Source: a virus
Lineage: Duplodnaviria > Caudoviricetes
Length of the DNA stretch: 49,946 nt
Strand: one strand, 5' to 3'
IMG/VR virus record: IMGVR_UViG_3300016667_001321
Coordinates: 1 to 49,946 of that record
Shown: piece after piece, positions 43,190 through 49,946 of the stretch
Position numbering within the stretch: position 1 is the first letter of the stretch
How the letters are laid out: the number at the start of each line of letters is the position of its first letter
Made by a program: the position numbers and the translations under genes
Notes under the pieces: generated by a model
Seen by the model: only the letters and a program-made list of their open reading frames with translations
Database searches by the model: none
What the model was told of the DNA's origin: nothing

Positions 43190-43363
43190 ATGAAAGAAAA
43201 AGATCTACTAAAGAAAGCACAAGCGGCTGCATACGAAGGAGTTGCGATCGAAATTTCTGAGAACGAAAGACATCTGGCAAAGTCATTGGTCGAATCAGAA
43301 AAGTGTTTTTGGAGTTTGGGGTACGATCGTATCATGGCTTACGAGCAATCTGACGCGGATTAA
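43190..43363 (+). CDS. Small hypothetical protein
   Basis: MKEKDLLKKAQ...; ends just before a terminator. Confidence 0.5.
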   Translation: MKEKDLLKKAQAAAYEGVAIEISENERHLAKSLVESEKCFWSLGYDRIMAYEQSDAD

Positions 43364-43382
43364 GTCGGCCTAATTTCAAGAC

Positions 43383-43420
43383 AAAGGGTGATAATTCTAT
43401 TTGAATTATCACCCTTTTTT
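43383..43420. terminator. Terminator between convergent genes
   Basis: AAAGGGTGATAATTC..GAATTATCACCCTTTTTTT. Confidence 0.75.
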
Positions 43421-43841
43421 ATTTCCCGACCATGTCCCAAATCATCTTATAAGCGATTGAAGTCGGAACAAATATATCATAAATTCCTGAGTTATCTCCA
43501 CCCAACAAAAAACTCACTTTTATGATAGGATTACCACCTTTTTCATCTATATTTTTTCCTAGAATTATTCCAAAACCTAAAGACATAGAGATGAGCTTAT
43601 AGGGTTCCCAAACTTTTTTATCAATCGGTTTCCATATGATCCCATTGTCAGGCAAGATCATATCACCTTGTGACGCACAACCGATGATGCACAATCGATC
43701 AAAGTCATTGATATCATCGCAAAAAAAACCCCAAGAATTTAGTTCTTTGGACCAAATTCTTGGGTTGGCGTGATTTTTGAAATTCTCTTTAGAGATTCTT
43801 TCTATCAGCTCTATGCCGCAGACCTCGTCCAACCCAGCCAT
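43419..43841 (-). CDS. Hypothetical protein
   Basis: AGGAG RBS and ATATTTA upstream. Confidence 0.65.
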   Translation of the reverse strand: MAGLDEVCGIELIERISKENFKNHANPRIWSKELNSWGFFCDDINDFDRLCIIGCASQGDMILPDNGIIWKPIDKKVWEPYKLISMSLGFGIILGKNIDEKGGNPIIKVSFLLGGDNSGIYDIFVPTSIAYKMIWDMVGK

Positions 43842-43981
43842 AAATTACTCCTGTTGGACAAAGCCTTGAGTAAATATAAAACATGATGACCTGTGTGACG
43901 GGAAAATAATCTTCTTTTTAATTTAATATGTAAGGTTGAAAGATTTTTCCGAATTATTGCAGGCCACCACTTACATAAGTA

Positions 43982-44443
43982 TTAACACCCTCCAGATCGG
44001 GTACAACGTTGGTCGACTAGTTTCTTCATAGATCCACATTTCCCAGAAGCGTACGCTCCGAGAGCAGGACGTAGCCCGCCACATGTCTTGTTGAGAGATT
44101 TGATCACACCAAGTCCTGCTCGGAAACCCGCTTCAGGTGAGGATCTAATCTTATCGCAGGATTGATTGCTTGTTCTCGGCATGACTTGCATGATTCCGCA
44201 TGATCTGCCGCCATCACCGAGAGCATCATGCTTCCAGCTAGACTCCCAGTATGACCAAGCTATTAATAATCTTGCCAGCTTCATTCTGGCTACTTCTGGT
44301 TCGTTTGCATGTTCTGGGTAGAGTTCTACCGCGTTAAAGTCGGCTGTGACCTTAATAATTGCATCCGCAGCCGCTCGGGCCCTTGTCTCTCCGCCGCCGC
44401 TCGACAAAAGCATTGCAAGCGAGATGAGTGCTTCTTTTAGCAT
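43982..44443 (-). CDS. SLT/lysozyme-like lytic transglycosylase with an N-terminal signal or anchor
   Basis: WESSW (catalytic Glu), GRSCGIMQV, ALGAYASG; start probably MLKEAL (44491 is an alternative). Confidence 0.75.
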   Translation of the reverse strand: MLKEALISLAMLLSSGGGETRARAAADAIIKVTADFNAVELYPEHANEPEVARMKLARLLIAWSYWESSWKHDALGDGGRSCGIMQVMPRTSNQSCDKIRSSPEAGFRAGLGVIKSLNKTCGGLRPALGAYASGKCGSMKKLVDQRCTRSGGC

Positions 44444-44623
44444 AGTTCTTACCTTTCTAAATTCATCAGAGAATATTCTACTCTCTGACATCCTAAATAT
44501 GGACGTCACATAAATGTAACCTGATATGTTCTATTGTATTCAAAAATCAAGAACATTAAGAACATAATTTTTGAAAAACAATTTTAAGCCAAATACATAT
44601 TTACGGTGTAGGATAACTAGAGC

Positions 44624-45760
44624 ATGAATAAAAAGCAAGCGGCAATTTTAACTGAAGCTGTGAAAAACATGATTCAAGAAAAGAAGAAGCCTGGCGGAGG
44701 GCTGACCGACATGGGCGCGTTGAAAAGAATCAATAAACCTTCGTGGACCGCTAAGATCAAATCTGCGCTACGAGACACCGAGGGAGACGTAGAAACCGCT
44801 TCTAAAGAGTTAGATGTATCGGCAAGAACGTTGCATGGATACATAGATGATGATTCATCATTGGAAAAAGAAAAAGAAAGATCTAGAAACGTTTCTGACA
44901 AAAACTCCAATGAATCTTACAAGAGAAATGAATTAGCTGAACGAGTATTTCACAGATTATTACGTATATGTGAGGCAGAGCAAACGCCGGGCGCTACCCT
45001 GCCTGAACCACCGCCTGATTACGCAAAAAAGATTGCTGATAAATTGTCAAAAGCTGCAGAAGGTGGTATTGGAATGCTTACTCAGCCGTATGGGTCTACG
45101 GGAATTTCTGTGGTTTTATACAAAACCAATATTTTCGTTGGAAATACTTTGGCTAGTTTAAACACAGAAACAGGAAAAGGGGGAGATACGCAAATCATTG
45201 CAGATTCAGCAGAAAAAAGCGTCGTCGGCATGATCACACTCGACTCCGCCGAGGATCGTTGTAATGATGCCATGGTTGTTAAATATGTCGTTGCGAAAGA
45301 AGGACTAGGACCGATGCTATACGAAATAGCCATGCAGTTATCGCCGTCTGGTCAAATTATCTCAGATAGAGCGGCTGTCAGCGACAAGGCAACCGGTATT
45401 TACAAGGTTCTTCATCAACGAGGGGACATCACCAAAAAAGAGCTAGACGACAACAATCTGCCTATGCACAAGAGAAAAACCCCTGATGATCCATCGGACG
45501 ATTGCGAAGTGTGGAACCACAAGGGTAAAAACCCAGATAGAGAGTTCCTAGACTATTCTTTCAAGGGTTCAGGAAATGTTGACATAAATTCTCTAAAGAA
45601 AAATCATGAAGAATCGATGAAGATTCTTAATAGACATGTTCAAAAGTACCTAGGATGGTCAGAGAGTTTTGCCTCTGAATTTCTATCCGATGTAGCCAAG
45701 ATGATGTTCATGAAAATTTATCATGCTCTTCCGATGGCTTCACGTGGACTGAAGGCTTGA
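44624..45760 (+). CDS. Fis-type HTH plus GNAT-like fusion (paralog family A)
   Basis: ALRDTEGDVETASKELDVSARTL; VVGMI..C.DAMVV..EGLGPMLY..IISDR..VS..TPDDPSDDC. Confidence 0.6.
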   Translation: MNKKQAAILTEAVKNMIQEKKKPGGGLTDMGALKRINKPSWTAKIKSALRDTEGDVETASKELDVSARTLHGYIDDDSSLEKEKERSRNVSDKNSNESYKRNELAERVFHRLLRICEAEQTPGATLPEPPPDYAKKIADKLSKAAEGGIGMLTQPYGSTGISVVLYKTNIFVGNTLASLNTETGKGGDTQIIADSAEKSVVGMITLDSAEDRCNDAMVVKYVVAKEGLGPMLYEIAMQLSPSGQIISDRAAVSDKATGIYKVLHQRGDITKKELDDNNLPMHKRKTPDDPSDDCEVWNHKGKNPDREFLDYSFKGSGNVDINSLKKNHEESMKILNRHVQKYLGWSESFASEFLSDVAKMMFMKIYHALPMASRGLKA

Positions 45761-45775
45761 TAATAGAGATGAGAT

Positions 45776-45991
45776 TTAAAGAATCCATTCTTTTCGTCTC
45801 ATCTTTAGCCACCTGAAAGGAAGTTCACCACCAGCCTCGACCCATTCCCTTACGTTTGAGATGAATTCTTCTTCCCAACCTTCATTCCTTGCTTTCTCTC
45901 TTAAATGATCCATTTCAGACCATAAGGCAGAGATTTCCTCTGGCGTCCACCCTAACGGATCTATAACTTCGTTTGAAGAAGTTGTTTTCAT
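45776..45991 (-). CDS. Hypothetical protein
   Basis: Trp/Glu-rich ORF. Confidence 0.55.
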   Translation of the reverse strand: MKTTSSNEVIDPLGWTPEEISALWSEMDHLREKARNEGWEEEFISNVREWVEAGGELPFRWLKMRRKEWIL

Positions 45992-46052
45992 TTGGCACTC
46001 TTATTTTTGAATTCTTCGCGTGTTTCTGTGAAGAGGATTCATACATATATGT

Positions 46053-46277
46053 ATGATGATTCGTAAGTCATCAAAGCAAAACGTCAAGTCGCCATCGTAT
46101 GAGGAACTCCACGATGCATGGTGGTGTATCTATAACGCGTTGAAGCACGTCGATCCTGAACAAGTCAGAGACTATCTTGTAAGAATTAATTTTGAATCTT
46201 TGCTGAAACAGTGCGGATGGAAGATAGAAGAGTGGAATTCCGAGCTCGAAGCAGTAAAAAAGCGGAAGGTACGTTAA
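46053..46277 (+). CDS. Hypothetical protein
   Basis: ORF divergent from the 45991 gene. Confidence 0.55.
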   Translation: MMIRKSSKQNVKSPSYEELHDAWWCIYNALKHVDPEQVRDYLVRINFESLLKQCGWKIEEWNSELEAVKKRKVR

Positions 46278-46311
46278 AGATACCTTCCGCTTTAGGTTTT
46301 TACATTCGTTT

Positions 46312-46875
46312 TTATTCGACGTTATCTGCTGCTCTTGCTGCAAAGAGATCGCAGACAGCATCAATCAGCTTTTTTTCGTATAAATCAATGGGAGGATTCT
46401 TCGTCCAATACGGCAATACGTTCTTTTTTTCGGGAAGACCGAACATTTCACGACAGTACTGCACCTCTGGTAAAACTTGAACAGATCTTTGTTCCTTTCT
46501 CCATTCGATCCGCGGATTCTTCAGCCGATATCCATCAGGACCGTCAAAAGTAACTGATACCGTCCATTTTTCATGATCCGCTGTACTCATGTTGCATTGT
46601 TCAACAAACGTTCTTACCCAATCGTCTGACGTACCAAATGCGGAAGCCGTTCTAGAGATCCATTCTCCTGGAGAAGGGATGCGGAATGTTTCGTACGAGT
46701 CATCACTCTTGAGAACCTCAGCACGCCACAACACACACATCGCGGGTGAGAATAATTTCCTATCCCAATCTGCCCATTTCACCGATAGAGAAACTTTACA
46801 CGCATCATGTGAGTTTCGACCTTTCGATGAAATCCACTCACATGCATCACGAATGACATTCAAACGCTCATACAT
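46312..46875 (-). CDS. Hypothetical protein
   Basis: 187-aa ORF with an early-type motif upstream. Confidence 0.6.
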   Translation of the reverse strand: MYERLNVIRDACEWISSKGRNSHDACKVSLSVKWADWDRKLFSPAMCVLWRAEVLKSDDSYETFRIPSPGEWISRTASAFGTSDDWVRTFVEQCNMSTADHEKWTVSVTFDGPDGYRLKNPRIEWRKEQRSVQVLPEVQYCREMFGLPEKKNVLPYWTKNPPIDLYEKKLIDAVCDLFAARAADNVE

Positions 46876-46960
46876 ATTAATCCAATATACACCTACAGAT
46901 GTGATGAATTTACAGACGAGCTTGATATTTGTTTCTTGCTTGTTTGTTACAATTTGTCGT

Positions 46961-47473
46961 TTAAGCGGGATTTATAATCAGATAAGCGACAATGTCGCTG
47001 TCAACTCCCACACTGGATTTAACGGTGAAACTTCCGTTGGATTTTTCTGTTATAACGGCCATACCTTCTGGATAGATAGCTGACTGTTTTGTCAAAAATA
47101 TTATAGAATTTGATGACACAAGGCTATTGGATATCGTCACGACGTTACTTCCACTTAAAATCAACGTTCCCATAGGCACGTTGGATCCACTGCTGAATGA
47201 TACTTCGTTGGTGACCACGAGCGAACCAGTTACCACTAAAGATCCAACATCGTTGATGATGAAGTCTCCACCAGTCATTGAAAAAGAACCAGTCATTTCA
47301 AAAGCCATCGAAGAACCGCCGGTTATCTCTAGAGGACCGTCTAAAATCGTGGATCCTGAGACCGCAAGAGAACCAGATACAGTAACGCTGGTAAATGTAA
47401 CATTATCAGCTAAATCATCGGAAGTTATTGTCCCATCCTGTATTTGCCCACCTCTAATCTGAGTTCTTGTCAT
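46961..47473 (-). CDS. Virion fibre-like protein with (V/I)TGS repeats
   Basis: TQIRGGQIQDGTI N-terminus; SGS/TGS beta repeats; ATAATTA upstream. Confidence 0.65.
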   Translation of the reverse strand: MTRTQIRGGQIQDGTITSDDLADNVTFTSVTVSGSLAVSGSTILDGPLEITGGSSMAFEMTGSFSMTGGDFIINDVGSLVVTGSLVVTNEVSFSSGSNVPMGTLILSGSNVVTISNSLVSSNSIIFLTKQSAIYPEGMAVITEKSNGSFTVKSSVGVDSDIVAYLIINPA

Positions 47474-47536
47474 TTTCTCTCAATAATTATATGCTTCAAA
47501 GTAATTGATAATTATATAGACGAGCTAGGGTGAGAA

Positions 47537-48235
47537 ATGAAGATCAAGCTGTCACAATTGAGAAAAATTATAAGAGAAGAAATCGTGCGACCTACTTTGT
47601 TTGAAAACCTCGACGATCTCATTACCTCAGACATGGCCGCGGTGGTCTCAGACACGGGAACCTCACGTACCGCAGTGGTCTATAACGTCGATGCGTTGAT
47701 AACCGCGTTGGGTAGACGTCGTCTCGACACTCTTAAAGTCGTAGGCATAGTTCAGATATCCGAACCTCGAGGAGCGCCATGCAGAGGCGCTTGGATGATT
47801 CGAGGTATCACAGGACCTGGGAAGATCATGTACGGTCTTGCTTATGCCATGTCCCCTACGGGGTTGGTCGTGCCAGATAGGTCAAGTGTGTCACCTTCGG
47901 CCACAGCAGCGTGGAAGAAATATTCATTGAAAGCAGGTCCAGGCAAAATGTTACCTCTCGATGACGCCAGCCATCCAAAGCCTGGGACGGATCCTCATCA
48001 TGACAAGCATCACACTGAAGATCCCAATGATGATTGCTTTACATCACATGACGAAGAATTTCTCAATGCTGCCTATAAGGGACCCGGAGGAGAAGCCGCA
48101 CTTCTTGATCGATTGACCAACAATCATGAAAGAGCGTTGAAGATGATCGATGCAACGGGTCGCCGCCGAGAAGAAATAGAATCAGAGCTGCTCGATGCAG
48201 GATTCATGGCGTTCGACGTAGCGATGGATTTTTAA
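47537..48235 (+). CDS. GNAT-like protein with LRxxIREE leader (paralog family A)
   Basis: MKIKLSQLRKIIREEI; VVGIV..PCRGAWMI..GPGKIMY..VVPDRSSVS..TEDPNDDC. Confidence 0.65.
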   Translation: MKIKLSQLRKIIREEIVRPTLFENLDDLITSDMAAVVSDTGTSRTAVVYNVDALITALGRRRLDTLKVVGIVQISEPRGAPCRGAWMIRGITGPGKIMYGLAYAMSPTGLVVPDRSSVSPSATAAWKKYSLKAGPGKMLPLDDASHPKPGTDPHHDKHHTEDPNDDCFTSHDEEFLNAAYKGPGGEAALLDRLTNNHERALKMIDATGRRREEIESELLDAGFMAFDVAMDF

Positions 48236-48280
48236 TTATTTATATTGCTAATCTTCTATTTTCTATCCCAGGTTCTTGAC

Positions 48281-48751
48281 TCACATTGATATCAGCTTAT
48301 CTTCGCCTTCATCAACGCAATCCGCGGTGCAACCGATCAATTCGTTGAAGCACTTTTCTTTTGCTTCGACGCTTTCGTTCACACAGGTTTCTTTTTCGTC
48401 TATGCAGGTTTTTATCATGTCAAAACATGATCCACTTAGATCAGCGCATAGATCCACACATGCTTCCTCTCCTTCAGGACATGTTCCTTCGGCCTCACAA
48501 CCTGTGCAATTTTTGGTGCAATCCGTCGAAGCATCGAAACACATCTCAAGATCATCAAAACAAGCATCAGCAACGGTGCATTCTAACCCCTGAGTCCCTG
48601 ACAAACAAGACTCATTTGATTTCTTGCACTCATCTATGCATCCGCCGATATCAATATCAGGTATATCGATCAAATCACCGATAGCACATGCAGTGATTCC
48701 CCAACACCACGCAGAAAGCACAAACAACCCCAACACTCTTTTTATAATCAT
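48281..48751 (-). CDS. Cys-rich lipoprotein
   Basis: Lipobox ITAC; periodic C-x3-C / C-x6-C repeats. Confidence 0.7.
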   Translation of the reverse strand: MIIKRVLGLFVLSAWCWGITACAIGDLIDIPDIDIGGCIDECKKSNESCLSGTQGLECTVADACFDDLEMCFDASTDCTKNCTGCEAEGTCPEGEEACVDLCADLSGSCFDMIKTCIDEKETCVNESVEAKEKCFNELIGCTADCVDEGEDKLISM

Positions 48752-48842
48752 GGTGCCACTCCATTTATCGCCCGGCGGCGATAAAATAACTAAATTCGTC
48801 GATGATTTTTTTTAATAAAAAGAACCGAACGGAGATGACAAT

Positions 48843-49505
48843 TCACGGGATACATGGATATCCATCCCAACACACGCCATAAACTATGCCATTGACCGAT
48901 GGATTACCTAAGACCTCGACGCATGTGAAACCAGAAGGGCAATCGTTGTAACCAAGACGACACCAGGCCATACAACAAGAGTTGACACCGTCGTTGACAC
49001 AATCGAGACCAGGTAGACATTGAGAAAAATCAATGCATAGATCGAACATGTTGCCATTTCCAGCAGGAGCACAAACAGGAGTTGAATTACTCTGAGGAAT
49101 ACACTGCTTGCCAGGACCGCAAACGGCGCCTGGACTCTGAGGATCGCAACTAAATCCACCGGAACCTGCTGATGCTGATGTTGATGTGGTTGTCGTCGAC
49201 GGGGAGCCACCTGAAGAAGTTGAACCCGTAGAGCAATCGCAGGACGTGTATCCACTTCCATCGTTTAAACAAGATTGAGCTCCAGCGCAGGCACCAGGGC
49301 CATTGCACAATTGCGTTGATCCTGGTATACAAACCTGCTGTCCCGTGGGTGTTACGGTATCAGTACTTGTGGTAGAAATTACGCCGCCTGTTCCACCTTT
49401 TCCGCCTGTTCCACCATCGCCTCCCGTTCCAAAAGGCGTTTGAAACCCTTCTGCACATGATGCAACGAAAACAAAACATAACATGCTGAGGTGAGTGGAA
49501 TGCAA
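48843..49505 (-). CDS. Cys-rich myxobacterial-style lipoprotein
   Basis: VASC lipobox; GTGGDGGTGG linker; CIPGSTQLC..GAC.GAQSC..DGSGY..CDC; CLPGLDC; CPSGFTC. Confidence 0.7.
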   Translation of the reverse strand: MHSTHLSMLCFVFVASCAEGFQTPFGTGGDGGTGGKGGTGGVISTTSTDTVTPTGQQVCIPGSTQLCNGPGACAGAQSCLNDGSGYTSCDCSTGSTSSGGSPSTTTTSTSASAGSGGFSCDPQSPGAVCGPGKQCIPQSNSTPVCAPAGNGNMFDLCIDFSQCLPGLDCVNDGVNSCCMAWCRLGYNDCPSGFTCVEVLGNPSVNGIVYGVCWDGYPCIP

Positions 49506-49592
49506 ACTTTACCAATCCTTCTTGCGGAGCGCTTTATAAGAATTAGACACTGTCCTTACCTTATCCTTCGATAACTATACAATCTTCAAATA

Positions 49593-49946
49593 TTATTCCT
49601 CACGATATAACTCGTCGAGTAGATTGTCAAGATCCAATGGCTTCATATTCTGATCCACGACGCTGATTCCCTTGAACGCCTTCCCGTAGTCCACGAGGCT
49701 CTTGACGTACTTTATCACATCCGGATTGAAAGCCCCAACGTCTGTCAAGACGATTGCCACAGGACGCCAATTGTCCAACACGCCCTCGTTGCCCATCGAC
49801 CCGGCTTCTTTGAAGCTGGCTGCGTCTATGATGTAATCTTCCAACGCGCTCATGTTCATCATCGTGCCGCGTCGGACCGCACCGGATGTTTTTGCATGTT
49901 GCGGTTGGGCCTCGTCGGCGTATCCGGTCCATATCGACCCCATGTC
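49593..49946 (-). CDS. Hypothetical protein, 5' end outside the window
   Basis: Open frame running to the window edge. Confidence 0.55.
   Translation of the reverse strand, partial: DMGSIWTGYADEAQPQHAKTSGAVRRGTMMNMSALEDYIIDAASFKEAGSMGNEGVLDNWRPVAIVLTDVGAFNPDVIKYVKSLVDYGKAFKGISVVDQNMKPLDLDNLLDELYREE

Noticed and set aside
1-49946. Stop-codon reassignment, as in some huge phages
   Set aside because: Conserved genes are full length in code 11, and TAA, TGA and TAG all terminate genes.
1-49946. Bacterial chromosome origin (groEL, clpP, ssrA, tilS, infA)
   Set aside because: These genes lack their usual operon partners and sit among virion-type and tiny hypothetical genes with phage-like promoter motifs.

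Overview
Gene-dense 50-kb segment of a jumbo (huge) dsDNA phage using the standard genetic code. A PilY1 and several Gly/Cys-rich lipoproteins point to a myxobacterial (Myxococcota/Polyangia-like) host; this is inference. Bases 1-7960 are a tandem array of about 30 overlapping 50-90-aa SH3/KOW-like paralogs. The DNA there is strikingly depleted of GC and GAC/GTC, so the proteins are nearly alanine-free, and the depletion ends sharply at about 7961. The rest encodes LamG-type virion proteins (including a four-cassette array), a tRNA(CAU) split by a group I intron, TilS, a SpoU methylase, a one-piece tmRNA with an alphaproteobacterial-type T-loop next to ClpP, a YeaH-SpoVR-PrkA operon, an Fpg apparently starting at AUU, GroEL, IF-1, HNH and GIY-YIG nucleases and an SLT-like lysin. 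About 12 proteins share an 'LRxxIRE' helix that looks like a capsid-targeting leader. Two recurring promoter-like motifs divide the genes into putative early (often leaderless) and late classes. All calls are by eye from motifs; no database search was run.
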